Origin: Candidatus Latescibacterota bacterium
GTDB lineage: Bacteria; Latescibacterota; UBA2968
NCBI GenBank assembly: GCA_965204745.1
Contig: OZ242010.1
Span: 1,664,001 to 1,728,000, forward strand
Direction: 5' to 3'
Length of the DNA: 64,000 nt
Within the stretch, counting starts at the first letter, position 1, and each line of letters opens with the position of its first letter. The notes beneath the pieces are model-generated. The model ran no database searches. It was not told where the DNA came from and saw nothing but the letters and a program-made list of their open reading frames with translations. The position numbers and the translations under genes were made by a program. Below, one piece after another: positions 50,659-60,653 of the stretch.

Positions 50659-50741
50659 TAGTACAAGGACGGGCACAGGGGCCTGTCCCGAAGGTTGATG
50701 GAGGGCTGGGTGGACTGACTCCTTTTCCAAAGAGCGATTTT

Positions 50742-51509
50742 ATGCAACTGACTTTTAGCACCACTGTTTGTCCGGATTTGCTGTTGCCCGATGCGTTGCG
50801 CGTTGCGAGAGAAGCGGGGTTTCGGCGCATTGAACTCTTTCGCGCCTGGACCGAGAGTTCGCCCGTCCACGCGGATACCTCCGTGCGGATGGTGCGCGAG
50901 CGGCTGGACGATGCGGGGGTCGCGCTGACGGGCCTCAATATTCGCAACCTCACGGGGTGTAATGCCAATGGGGAGCGCGACTTGAGATACAATTTGCGGC
51001 AGGTCGAATGGGATATCCACCTCGCGCGCGCCCTGCGCCTTCGGTGTGCCAATCTCAAGGGCGGGCAGCGCACGGACGAAGCGCGGGAAGATTTTGTTGC
51101 GGGCATCAATTACGCACTTGACCGCATTTCGGATTTCACGCTCAACTTGGGCAATCACAAGGGCAATTTGCTCGAAAATATCGCGGATTACGAGCGCGTT
51201 TTGCCCGAGCTTCCGGACCGCGCCAAAGTGCTGATGGATACCGGGCATCTCCTTTCCGCAGGGGTTGATGTGCGCGATTTTGCAATGGCGTTTGCGGATC
51301 GCATCGGCGCGGTTCACCTGCGCGATCAAAAGGGGGAGACGCCCGTGCCCTTTGGCGAAGGGGATTTGCCGTTTGAAGATGTGATCGGCATTCTCAACGG
51401 TGCGGGGTACGATGGCGATCTCGTTATCGAACTCGAAAATGTCACTTGGGCCGAACCCGCTGAAGCCTGCGCTGTTGCGCGTGAATACGTGGAAAATATC
51501 CCGTCCTAA
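50742..51509 (+). CDS. Sugar phosphate isomerase/epimerase (TIM barrel)
   Basis: AGFRRIEL, LMDTGH, AVHLRD, PFGEGDLPF, GYDGDLVIELE. Confidence 0.85.
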   Translation: MQLTFSTTVCPDLLLPDALRVAREAGFRRIELFRAWTESSPVHADTSVRMVRERLDDAGVALTGLNIRNLTGCNANGERDLRYNLRQVEWDIHLARALRLRCANLKGGQRTDEAREDFVAGINYALDRISDFTLNLGNHKGNLLENIADYERVLPELPDRAKVLMDTGHLLSAGVDVRDFAMAFADRIGAVHLRDQKGETPVPFGEGDLPFEDVIGILNGAGYDGDLVIELENVTWAEPAEACAVAREYVENIPS

Positions 51510-51536
51510 ATGTACCCACCGCTTGCCTGAGAGCCT

Positions 51537-51935
51537 ATGCCCCACGCACTGGGCAAACATCTGCTCGTCGATTTGTACGGTTGCCCGACCGGTTTGCTCA
51601 ATGATGTCGCCGCGCTCGAAACGATTATGGTCAAAGCGGCCCACCGCGCAGGTGCCACGGTTCTCAATACCAACTTCCATCGTTTTTCGCCCTGCGGCGT
51701 GTCGGGTGTTGTCGTGATTCAGGAGAGCCATCTGACCATCCACACATGGCCGGAGCAAGGCTTTGCAGCGATTGACTTGTTCACCTGTGGCAAGCAGACC
51801 CGACCGAGACGTGCGTTGACCTACTTAAAACGCGCGCTCCAATCCAAGCACAGCGAGGTGCGACGACTCACGCGCGGGGAAAAAAATGAAAGCCCGACAA
51901 GAGAAGGAAAACCCCATGCCTATTCCCGTTATTAA
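51537..51935 (+). CDS. speD: S-adenosylmethionine decarboxylase proenzyme (short class 1B)
   Basis: LGKHLLVDLYGC, GVSGVVVIQESHLTIHTWPE (ES cleavage site), DLFTCG. Confidence 0.93.
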   Translation: MPHALGKHLLVDLYGCPTGLLNDVAALETIMVKAAHRAGATVLNTNFHRFSPCGVSGVVVIQESHLTIHTWPEQGFAAIDLFTCGKQTRPRRALTYLKRALQSKHSEVRRLTRGEKNESPTREGKPHAYSRY

Positions 51936-52080
51936 TGCACGAGCTACGACAAACGAAAGACTGGCAAAACTCGAGGCCCTCGTAGCCCAACTGGATGAGC
52001 ACTTCGACAATCTGGAGCAAGGCCAGCGTTGGATCATTGGCCTCCTGTTCACCATTACCATTTTGGTCAAAATGCCTTAA
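51886..52080 (+). CDS. Small coiled-coil protein with a C-terminal membrane anchor
   Basis: ERLAKLE...HFDNLEQGQRWIIGLLFTITILV; start uncertain. Confidence 0.45.
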   Translation: MKARQEKENPMPIPVINARATTNERLAKLEALVAQLDEHFDNLEQGQRWIIGLLFTITILVKMP

Positions 52081-52097
52081 CCTCGGAGAAGTGACAA

Positions 52098-52376
52098 ATG
52101 TCTGTTCACAAAATTTTGAATAGCCTAGGCCTACATGAAATCGGTAGTTTGCTCATCAAGCGGGGCACGGCCATGGGGCCATTGGTCCCATCACTTTTGA
52201 TCAGCCCGGTATTGCTATTTTTTGGTTGGCTTTTTGAATCGACACTTGTGATCGGCGGCGTTCCTCTCATTACCGTCGCATTTGTGCTCGTCGCATTGTG
52301 GCTCATAATCAACTACATTCGCCACTATGCGCGGTTTGCAAAGCATGATCCGGATCGGCTCCAGTCCGAGGAATAG
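52098..52376 (+). CDS. Small two-TM hypothetical protein, possibly truncated
   Basis: GGAGA RBS; two hydrophobic segments then DPDRLQSEE*. Confidence 0.55.
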   Translation: MSVHKILNSLGLHEIGSLLIKRGTAMGPLVPSLLISPVLLFFGWLFESTLVIGGVPLITVAFVLVALWLIINYIRHYARFAKHDPDRLQSEE

Positions 52377-52552
52377 CGACAGTTGCTGGATTATCTCTCA
52401 AAAGCGACTTAGAGCACTGGCAAGATCCAATAACACAAAACGCCCGTCAAGTGGTGCATAACTGCGGTAGCAGTTCATTCCGACGGGCGTTCTCGTTTGG
52501 ACATGTACGCACGGGCGATGTCGTAGCCCATTCCAAATCCACGGGAGCAAAT

Positions 52553-52813
52553 ATGACTTCAGATCAAGCGATTGACATTCGCGCCACACTCCTTGCGATG
52601 TTTGAGGCCATTGACAAAAACGAAAATATCGCCGAGCATCTGATCAAACTCGACGATATTCAGCGCGGCCTCGACCGCGGCGTGCCCGCACAACTCAGGC
52701 ATTTTCTCGAGCGCCGCAGCTATGTCAAGGCACTCGAATATCTCGAGACGGGCATGGTGATCGACGACCCCAATCGGCCCGACTGTGACGACCACCCATA
52801 CGCATCGCGTTGA
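52553..52813 (+). CDS. Hypothetical protein
   Basis: GGGAG RBS; PAQLRHFLERRSYVKALEYL; host-like codon usage. Confidence 0.65.
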   Translation: MTSDQAIDIRATLLAMFEAIDKNENIAEHLIKLDDIQRGLDRGVPAQLRHFLERRSYVKALEYLETGMVIDDPNRPDCDDHPYASR

Positions 52814-52872
52814 GCATTGCGCGCCAATGATCCACCTGTGACGACCACCCCATGACTGTTAGGAGTTGCGTT

Positions 52873-53178
52873 ATGGCTGTTGAAACCCGCACGGATATCA
52901 AGGGTATTCCCCGGTTTTTGTTCACCGAAGGCACGGATGCGGACCGCCTGCATCTGCATATCTCTGAGGTTGGCCCGGGCCAGCGTGCCCATCCGCCGCA
53001 CCGGCACGAGGGGTGCGAGATTTTCTACGTGATTGAGGGAAAGGGCGAAGTTTTGTACGGCGACGAAACGCATCCCGTCAACACCGGCGAGGCCATGCAC
53101 TTGGAATGTAGCATTTTGCACGGGATTGAGAATGTCGGAGACGCGCCGATGCACTACGCCGTGATCATTCGGAAATGA
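52873..53178 (+). CDS. Cupin domain protein
   Basis: PGQRAHPPHRHEGCEIFYVIEGKG...HGIEN; AGGAG RBS. Confidence 0.9.
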   Translation: MAVETRTDIKGIPRFLFTEGTDADRLHLHISEVGPGQRAHPPHRHEGCEIFYVIEGKGEVLYGDETHPVNTGEAMHLECSILHGIENVGDAPMHYAVIIRK

Positions 53179-53198
53179 GACGCCGCGGGCCGGGCGCG

Positions 53199-54338
53199 TC
53201 AGTAGTGTTTTCGCAGGATGTCCATGATGTGCATGGACAAGGATTGCACGGCTTCGTCAAAATTGGCGTTTTCAACCGCGATCAGGCGATGGGCTTCGCC
53301 CACGTCGAGGATGTGTCGCTGAATTTGCAAAATGGCGTCGAGGTTTTCGACATAGCGGTGCGATGGCCGTTGCGCGGCCTCTTCGCTGCGAAATTCAAAC
53401 CGCTCGGCATAGCGTTTTTTGTCGTCCAAGTACAAAATCATCCAGATGAAGATGGCGCGGTCTCGGTACGCGCTCACGTCGATCAAATCGGGCAAGAGAT
53501 GCACGCCGTCGATGACGAGGCTGACGTGTTCTTCGATGGCGCGCTCGATCATGGCGCGCACGCCAACGCCGACGCGCACGGCCTGTTCTCGAAATGCCTG
53601 CACGACTGGAGGATGCTCGCCGCTTAGTTCCGCGCCCGTGTGTTGCCAGGCGGAAAATGACGAGGCGTGCAATGCGGGCATGAGTTCGGGGGAGATCATC
53701 AGGCGCATAATTTGCCGAATGGCATCGGTGGAGGTGACGCGCGAAATTTTCAGCAGATTGGCGAGTGCCAATCCCACGGATGTTTTGCCCACCCCACTCG
53801 CGCCGCTGATGAGAATGACGAGGGGCTTGTGTTGCCGGTCCTTGCGAAACCGATACCACGCCCGATAGCGTTCGGCATAAGGCGCGCTGTATCCGTCGTT
53901 TAAGACGTTGAGGGCGGTTTCAAAAATTTGCGGTCGCTTGATGACTTGGCCCTGTGAGCGCGAGAGTTGTTGCTCGACTTGGGCGGCGATGCGGTACGCG
54001 AGGTCGCGGTCGAGGCCGATGGCTTCGAGGGAATCGGCGAGTCTGTCCAGCGAAAACAGGGCGCGGTCTTCGCCTTCTTCGATGAAAATTTGCCGGGAGG
54101 TGGGTTGCCAAAAGAGGGCGTCGCCGATGCTGCGGTTGCCAAATTCTCGCGCGACCTGATTTCGCACGAGATCGACCATGTCTTCGGCTTTGATGTCTTT
54201 TGCTTTTTGAAGGGATCGGCGGATGCCGTCTGCAAATTTGTACGCTTCTTGAAATGCGAACCCGTGCTCGATGAGGTAGTGCGCGAGCATGCCCCGCAGA
54301 AAGGGGATGCGCTTTTTGCCATCTACAATCGTCGCCAT
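53199..54338 (-). CDS. 2-phosphoglycerate kinase-like protein with N-terminal ATP-cone-like domains
   Basis: PFLRGML and LFSLDRLADSL cone-like starts; ILISGASGVGKTS, STDAIRQIMR, LHASSF, RAIEE..SLVIDGVHLLP. Confidence 0.82.
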   Translation of the reverse strand: MATIVDGKKRIPFLRGMLAHYLIEHGFAFQEAYKFADGIRRSLQKAKDIKAEDMVDLVRNQVAREFGNRSIGDALFWQPTSRQIFIEEGEDRALFSLDRLADSLEAIGLDRDLAYRIAAQVEQQLSRSQGQVIKRPQIFETALNVLNDGYSAPYAERYRAWYRFRKDRQHKPLVILISGASGVGKTSVGLALANLLKISRVTSTDAIRQIMRLMISPELMPALHASSFSAWQHTGAELSGEHPPVVQAFREQAVRVGVGVRAMIERAIEEHVSLVIDGVHLLPDLIDVSAYRDRAIFIWMILYLDDKKRYAERFEFRSEEAAQRPSHRYVENLDAILQIQRHILDVGEAHRLIAVENANFDEAVQSLSMHIMDILRKHY

Positions 54339-54454
54339 GGCGATCTCCTGCAAGACGCAGTTTTCAAAAACAACGGCTACTTTTTGAACTTAGCGAACCT
54401 TTTGCGCGGTGTCAAGTTTCTGGCTGACAACCCTGTGAACAGAGAGGGGAGTTT

Positions 54455-55930
54455 ATGGCTGCACGACCCAATGTGTTGTTGATTTCGACGGATCACTGGC
54501 CGGCGCGGCTTTTGGGATGCGCGGGTCATCCCGTCGTCCAGACGCCGACGCTGGATGAATTGGCCCGAAGCGGCGTGCGTTTTACCAACTGTTATGCCGA
54601 GTGCCCGGTGTGCATTCCCGCACGGCGCACGTTGATGACGGGGACGCCGCCGCGCACGCATGGGGATCGCGTGTTTAAGGAGCGACTCGAGATGCCGGAT
54701 GTGCCCACGTTGGCGCAGACGTTTCGGGATGCGGGCTATCAGGCGTATGCAGTGGGCAAGTTGCATGTGTATCCACAGCGGGATCGCATTGGGTTTGACG
54801 ATGTGATTTTGGATGAAGAGGGGCGCACGCAGTACGGGGTGACGGACGATTACGAGTTGTTTTTGGGCGATCAGGGCTTTGTGGGGCAACACTTCAATCA
54901 CGGCATGAGCAACAACGAGTACAGCGCGGTGGCGTGGCATTTGCCGGATGAGACGCACGCGACAAATTGGGCGACTCAGACCATGGCGCACGTCGTAAAA
55001 CGCCGCGATCCCAAACGCCCTGCGTTCTGGTTTCTGTCCTATCGGCATCCGCATCCGCCGCTCGTGCCTTTGCAGACGTATTTGGATTTTTATCGGGATC
55101 TGGCGATTGACGCGCCGGTCGTGGGCGATTGGGCGCGGGCCGATGATCTTCCTTATGGGCTTCAATCGACAACTGCGCGCGGCGATAAACACAGCGCGGT
55201 GCAAACCGAGATGGCGCGGCGGGCGTTTTACGCTTTGTGTACGCATATCGACCACAGCTTGCGCGTGTTGATCGGCACGTTGCGCGAGGAAGGCGTGCTC
55301 GGCAATACGATGATTTGTTTTACGTCTGATCACGGCGATATGTTGGGCGATCACAGGATGTGGGCGAAGCGGCTTTTCTACGAGGGGTCGGCCAATATCC
55401 CGATGATTTTGCTCGGGGTTGAAGGCGATGAGCGGGTCGGGTTCAACCGCATAGATGATCGCTTGGTGGGGTGGCGCGATGTGATGCCCACGTTGCTGGA
55501 TTTGGCCGGGGTGGAGATTCCCGATACTGTGGAGGGGTTGTCGATGGTCCGTGCGGAAAAGCGGGATTGGTTTTACGGCGAGATCGGCGAAGATGCCCAT
55601 GCGACGCGGATGATTCGCGATAGACGCTACAAGTTGATTTACTATGCGACGGGAAATCGCCGGCAACTTTTCGATTTGGAAAGCGATCCCCGGGAACTCG
55701 TGGATTTGTCGTCTGATCCGCGATATGCCGACACCCTGGCGCGGTTGACCGAGGTTTTGATCGGCGAACTTTACGGCGGGGATGAAACCTGGGTTGAGGA
55801 TGGGCAATTGGTGGGCCTTCCAAATCGACACTATCGGCCCGGCCCCAACCGGGGGCTGACCAGCCAGCGCGGTCAACACTGGCCCCCACCGCCAAAATCC
55901 GACATGCCGCAGATCCGATGGCATGCGTGA
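54455..55930 (+). CDS. Sulfatase
   Basis: RPNVLLISTDH, CIPAR, GKLH, HPHPP, SDHGDMLGDH. Confidence 0.93.
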   Translation: MAARPNVLLISTDHWPARLLGCAGHPVVQTPTLDELARSGVRFTNCYAECPVCIPARRTLMTGTPPRTHGDRVFKERLEMPDVPTLAQTFRDAGYQAYAVGKLHVYPQRDRIGFDDVILDEEGRTQYGVTDDYELFLGDQGFVGQHFNHGMSNNEYSAVAWHLPDETHATNWATQTMAHVVKRRDPKRPAFWFLSYRHPHPPLVPLQTYLDFYRDLAIDAPVVGDWARADDLPYGLQSTTARGDKHSAVQTEMARRAFYALCTHIDHSLRVLIGTLREEGVLGNTMICFTSDHGDMLGDHRMWAKRLFYEGSANIPMILLGVEGDERVGFNRIDDRLVGWRDVMPTLLDLAGVEIPDTVEGLSMVRAEKRDWFYGEIGEDAHATRMIRDRRYKLIYYATGNRRQLFDLESDPRELVDLSSDPRYADTLARLTEVLIGELYGGDETWVEDGQLVGLPNRHYRPGPNRGLTSQRGQHWPPPPKSDMPQIRWHA

Positions 55931-56035
55931 ACAATGGAGAAAGACACCTCGAGGTGATCGAGTTTCTCGAAATCGCAGAGGCGTGAATATCGACTCTTGA
56001 GAAGTCATCAAAAAGTTGAAGGCGGAGACAACGTC

Positions 56036-56649
56036 GTGACCATTTTAGACGAGTGGGGGATTACACCCGAACAGCTTACGATTCTTCTCGACGAGAACCC
56101 TAGCTTGCGCGGTATGTTGTTTGGATATGTTGCGGAAGTAAAATTAAAAAAAAAATAGCCGCATTTCCCGAAGTTTCTTTCACAACTAAATTCGACGATC
56201 ACAATAGAAAAAAGAAAGGCGATCTCTATATCATCTACAGAGATCGCGCTTTCGATTTGGAGTCAAAATCACTTCAAACATCGTCAATCAGATATGATGA
56301 AGAAAATTTTTGCTGGTCGGGCAAGGCGCAAGTAGATGCAAGCGATAGGCGCGTCATTACATTGCCCGATGGCTCGGAACTGAATACGACACTTTTGCTG
56401 AGGGGAGAGTTTGACATTCTGGCTATCAATTGCTATGCGTTCAACAAGGAGTGGAATTTTGCTTTTGCGCGAAACCAAGACCTTCCCCGCTCGACATACA
56501 GAAGATATACTCAGATTCAAAAAGAGAATTTAATCGCCAGTCTGATAACCGTCACATGGCCTCCACGGCCTCCATTTTACTCGGACATACGCGCTTTGCT
56601 CGATCAAATAGTGGCGGAAGGAGCAGGATCCGACCCAATGGGCATTTAA
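56036..56649 (+). pseudogene. Type II restriction endonuclease-like gene frameshifted in an A10 tract (56146-56155)
   Basis: GTG 56036 reads MTILDEWG...LRGMLFGYVAEVKLKKK*; one extra A continues IAAFPE...KKKGDLYI...DLESKSLQT into ORF 56257..56649 (E..D..ExK pattern); converges on a methylase. Confidence 0.75.
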
Positions 56650-57395
56650 CCTTTTGATCTTTTGGAAAAAGCATTTTTGACAAATACCAAAAAGTACGAA
56701 TGGTTTTTTCGGGCGTGGACTTGTCGTTTAAGTCTGCTGATTGAGGGCTTGTTTTGGCGAACGACGACAAAGAGGTCTTTTGTGTAGAAATCCATTTTCT
56801 CGTATTCATTTACGATTTCTAAATGTGTCAACCATTGTTTGTTCGCGCTGACTTCATCTTGACATTTGACGATCAGGATGCCTTTGTCTCTTAAGATTCG
56901 AAATGCTTCTCTGCCCGCAAGAAAGTACATATCTGTTACGGCACCGTGCCATTTGCTCGTGCCTTTGAACTCGTTATTTGATTCATCGCCATTTGAGTAT
57001 GCGGATCGAAATGATCGATGTGACCCCGAACCCGCTTTATGCGCTGGAGATTTTCTGTAAAAGCCTTCCATATACGGCGGGTCGAGTACGACGCAATCAA
57101 CAGAACGATCCGCATAAGGCAAATTCCTACAATCGACGCCCATGGATATATCGGTCGCTTTAATGTCATAGAAGCCCTCTGGTACATTTCGCCAAAAGAC
57201 ACCCTTGCCCCAAGTGACGTCGGCAACAACAGAGCCTTTGGGAACATGTAGAGATAGAATTTGGGGAAAGACATCGGCATTGCCACCCACATGGGCAGAC
57301 ATAATGACGTCTGAAGTCGCGTGACCACCTTGTACTCGCCTATTTTTTTTCGTAGCCATAGCGGTCGGAAAAATATCTGTTTGAGTAGTGTTCAT
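56646..57395 (-). CDS. Amino (N4-C/N6-A) DNA methyltransferase
   Basis: [11 protein letters not shown] motif followed by VVLDPPY; [15 protein letters not shown]. Confidence 0.85.
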   Translation of the reverse strand: MNTTQTDIFPTAMATKKNRRVQGGHATSDVIMSAHVGGNADVFPQILSLHVPKGSVVADVTWGKGVFWRNVPEGFYDIKATDISMGVDCRNLPYADRSVDCVVLDPPYMEGFYRKSPAHKAGSGSHRSFRSAYSNGDESNNEFKGTSKWHGAVTDMYFLAGREAFRILRDKGILIVKCQDEVSANKQWLTHLEIVNEYEKMDFYTKDLFVVVRQNKPSISRLKRQVHARKNHSYFLVFVKNAFSKRSKG

Positions 57396-57401
57396 ACGTT
57401 C

Positions 57402-57430
57402 ATTGTATTCTATTTTGAAATAATTGTCAA
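57402..57430 (-). promoter_or_regulatory. Promoter implying a leaderless methylase mRNA
   Basis: TTGACA-N17-TACAAT-N6-ATG, with no Shine-Dalgarno sequence. Confidence 0.65.
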
Positions 57431-57485
57431 TGTCTATTTTTTTATATTTGATCCCGCTTTTTGGGGAGATTGAGAAGGAGGCATT

Positions 57486-58511
57486 ATGCCATCGCGATTG
57501 TTCAATTCACATCCGAACTGCGGCATTCGCGTGCCCTATCGGGTGATGGAGGAGTATGTTCGCGCGCTGTTTCTCGCTGTGGGAATGTCTGAGGCACACG
57601 CGCAACACATGGCGGTGACATTGACGGCAAATGATTTGCGTTGCGTGTTTAGCCATGGCACGCGGCAGGTGCGCGATTACATTTTTGAAATGCAAAATGG
57701 GCATACCAATCCGCGGCCCCAGGTGACGGTGGTGTCGGAGACAGCGGCGACGGCGGTGATCGATGGCGATGGCGGGTTGGGGTATTTCCCATCGCATCTG
57801 GGAACGGAGATGGCGATTGAAAAGGCGTTGAACGTGGGCGTGGGCGCGGTGACGACGCGCAATCACTTCCACTTTGGCGCGGCCGGCAATTATTCCCGCA
57901 TGGCCTTGGCACGCGATTGCATTGGGATGGCGTTGTCCTCGCATCGCTATCGCCCTCGCCGAGATGCGACGGTGTTGAGCGCGTCGGGCGGATCGCCCAT
58001 GAGCATTGCCGTGCCATCCGGGGTGCAACCCCCTGTTGTGATGGATATGTCCGCGCATTTCATTTTGTACAGCGAGGAAGCGTTCGCCCGGTTTCCGGCT
58101 GCGGTTTTTAAGGGCTTGGGGTTGGCGGCTGTGTTGCAGGCGATGGGCGGCATTTTGCCCGGTATCTGGCGCGAGGGATATGAATTTACCGGGGAAGGCA
58201 AAGGCGCGGCGCCGCATCAAGGGGCGTTTGTCGCGGTGTTCGACGTGAAGCGGTTTGCCGATGTGGCGGCGTTTAAGCAAGAGATGGATCGCTATATCGG
58301 CGAAGCGCGTGCCACAAAGCCCTTGCCGGGACACGACCGCGCCGAGTTGGCCGGGGGCATGGAATGGCAATGGGAAAAAGAACACCGCGAGATCGGCATT
58401 CCCGTAACCGACGAGCACCGCGACTTGCTAGAACAAGTGGGCGATAGCGTGGATGTGCCAGCGCCGTTTGGGCAATTTGAAGATGCGCGATTTGACAACG
58501 GGAAAGCGTGA
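57486..58511 (+). CDS. Ldh_2 (malate/L-lactate/sulfolactate dehydrogenase-like) oxidoreductase
   Basis: [38 protein letters not shown]. Confidence 0.87.
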   Translation: MPSRLFNSHPNCGIRVPYRVMEEYVRALFLAVGMSEAHAQHMAVTLTANDLRCVFSHGTRQVRDYIFEMQNGHTNPRPQVTVVSETAATAVIDGDGGLGYFPSHLGTEMAIEKALNVGVGAVTTRNHFHFGAAGNYSRMALARDCIGMALSSHRYRPRRDATVLSASGGSPMSIAVPSGVQPPVVMDMSAHFILYSEEAFARFPAAVFKGLGLAAVLQAMGGILPGIWREGYEFTGEGKGAAPHQGAFVAVFDVKRFADVAAFKQEMDRYIGEARATKPLPGHDRAELAGGMEWQWEKEHREIGIPVTDEHRDLLEQVGDSVDVPAPFGQFEDARFDNGKA

Positions 58512-58621
58512 ACGTGGGGTTCGCCACAAAGGGCGCGACCGGGGACAACTAATTCAAAGCCAAGCGGTGAGCATGCCCCCGCGCGCCTTCGCAGCAGTTT
58601 GACAACGGAGAGGAGTGACGG

Positions 58622-59938
58622 ATGAACGAGCGACCGAATATCTTGTTTCTCTTTGCGGATCAGATGCATGCGTTTGCGATGGGGTGTATGGGGACGGAGG
58701 ATATTCATACGCCGAATTTGGACGAACTGGCGAGCGAGGGGGTTTTGTTTCGCAACTGTTATTCCAATGCGCCGGTTTGCACGCCGTTTCGCGCGACGCT
58801 GGTGTCGGGGCAATACGGGTCGCAGACCGATACGCTTCGCAACGGCCGGTATCTTCCCGAGGGGACGCGCACGCTGGCCGGCGCACTCAATGACGCGGGG
58901 TATCGAACCGGCTGGGTGGGCAAGTGGCATTTGGGCGCGACTGGCAATGTGTGGGTGCCGCCTGAGTTGCGGGCGGATTTTACGGAGTTTATCGGGTACC
59001 AGTGTTACAATGACTTTTTGCACAGCGTGAAATTTTACGACGAGGCGGGCGATGAGCATTGGTACGATCACCACCGCACGGATGTGACGAGCGATATCGC
59101 GATGGCGCGCCTAGAGAAGATGGCGGCAACCGCTCCGTTCGCGCTGTTTGTGTCCTACCAAAACCCGCACTATCCCGAGCAGCCGGGGGATGAGTACGAC
59201 GCGATGTATCGAGGCGCGACCCTTGCGCGGCGGCCAAATTGCGAGGAGGTCGATCCGTACACCAAAACGCACAGCCCGCCAAGCCCCAAACCGCGAGAGA
59301 ACGATCCCATTTACCAACGCTATGGCAACAACTTGGATGAGTATTTGCGGGCGTATTACGCGATGGTGACGCAATTAGATGCGAATGTGGGGCGGATGAT
59401 GGACGCGCTGGATCGGCTGGGCTTGCGGGAGAATACGGTGGTGATGTTCACGTCTGATCACGGGGATTTGCAGGGCAGTCACGGCGAGACGAACAAGGGC
59501 ATGGCATGGGAGGAATCGAGTCGGATTCCCCTGATCGTGCGCGCACCGGATGGCGCGGCAGGGGCTGTTGTGGATGATTTGGTGTCCGGCGTGGATTTTT
59601 TTGCGACGTGTGTCGATTATGCCGCGCAACCGCCCGAGCCTTCGGTGGAGGGCGACAGTTTCGCACCGCTGGTACGCGACCCTTCGCAGACTTTGGACCG
59701 ACCCGTTTTTTCAGAGATGCAACCCTGGTGCATGGTGCGCGAGGGCGCGTTTAAGTTGGTGGTGCAGAAAGAGGACTTTGAGCCGACCCACCTGTTCGAT
59801 TTGGAACGCGATCCCTACGAGATGAATAATTTGCTCGCCGATCCAAATCGCGCCGCGCAACGAGCGCGTCTGCACGGGGTGCTACGGAATTGGTATGAGT
59901 ACGTGGCGGGAACTGGGAATGCGGAACTACAGCTTTGA
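58622..59938 (+). CDS. Sulfatase
   Basis: RPNILFLFADQ, CTPFR, VGKWHLG, NPHYP, SDHGD. Confidence 0.93.
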   Translation: MNERPNILFLFADQMHAFAMGCMGTEDIHTPNLDELASEGVLFRNCYSNAPVCTPFRATLVSGQYGSQTDTLRNGRYLPEGTRTLAGALNDAGYRTGWVGKWHLGATGNVWVPPELRADFTEFIGYQCYNDFLHSVKFYDEAGDEHWYDHHRTDVTSDIAMARLEKMAATAPFALFVSYQNPHYPEQPGDEYDAMYRGATLARRPNCEEVDPYTKTHSPPSPKPRENDPIYQRYGNNLDEYLRAYYAMVTQLDANVGRMMDALDRLGLRENTVVMFTSDHGDLQGSHGETNKGMAWEESSRIPLIVRAPDGAAGAVVDDLVSGVDFFATCVDYAAQPPEPSVEGDSFAPLVRDPSQTLDRPVFSEMQPWCMVREGAFKLVVQKEDFEPTHLFDLERDPYEMNNLLADPNRAAQRARLHGVLRNWYEYVAGTGNAELQL

Positions 59939-59940
59939 GG

Positions 59941-60651
59941 ATGAGCGTGGATAGATCGAGTAGCGAAGGACGAGACGCGAGATTTCGGTTGCGCTTTTCG
60001 GATTACAGGTACACCTTTCTCACCTTGTCAGTGGTTTTTCTTTTTATGGTGATGCCGTTGTTGGAGCGCGAAGAGCAACCCTTTGTGCCATTTCTTTTTT
60101 TGTTGGTTATGGCCGTGGTGCTCTGGACGTTCAGCCTTCCCAAGGTGCTCTTCGGATTGTGTGTGGTTCTCGGGTTATTGGGGTTTGGATTTTCGTTGTG
60201 CATGGAGATGGGCGCCGTTTCAGAGCCCCTATCTCAAGTGGTCAATCTATCCTTGCTCGGGGTTTATACCTCGTTTTACGGGATATGTCTTTTGGTTTTT
60301 TTGTACAGGATTTTCTCCGAGAAGATGATCACGGCAGATACCATTCAGGGGGGAATAGCCGTCTATTTTCTCAGCGGATTGTTGTGGGCGTTTTTCTATC
60401 AGATTTTGCTCGCGTTTGATTCCTCTGCGATTTCATTGCCCGTTCATACATCGGGCGAATTTTCAGAGCTGATTTATTTTTCCTTTGTCACGCTGACCAC
60501 TTTGGGGTACGGAGAAATAACGCCGGTGAGTTGGATGGCGCAAAACCTGACCCTGTTGGAAGCCGTTTGGGGGCAGACGTATCTGGTGGTGCTGGTCGCG
60601 CGACTGGTGGGATTGCATTTGAGTGGGGGCGGCAAATCCGATTGCGAATAG
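59941..60651 (+). CDS. Potassium channel family protein
   Basis: Several TM helices; pore YFSFVTLTTLGYGEITP. Confidence 0.88.
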   Translation: MSVDRSSSEGRDARFRLRFSDYRYTFLTLSVVFLFMVMPLLEREEQPFVPFLFLLVMAVVLWTFSLPKVLFGLCVVLGLLGFGFSLCMEMGAVSEPLSQVVNLSLLGVYTSFYGICLLVFLYRIFSEKMITADTIQGGIAVYFLSGLLWAFFYQILLAFDSSAISLPVHTSGEFSELIYFSFVTLTTLGYGEITPVSWMAQNLTLLEAVWGQTYLVVLVARLVGLHLSGGGKSDCE

Positions 60652-60653
60652 GA

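Noticed and set aside
52374-52376. TAG readthrough (pyrrolysine) after DPDRLQSEE
   Set aside because: No convincing downstream coding continuation and no pyl context; simple truncation is more plausible
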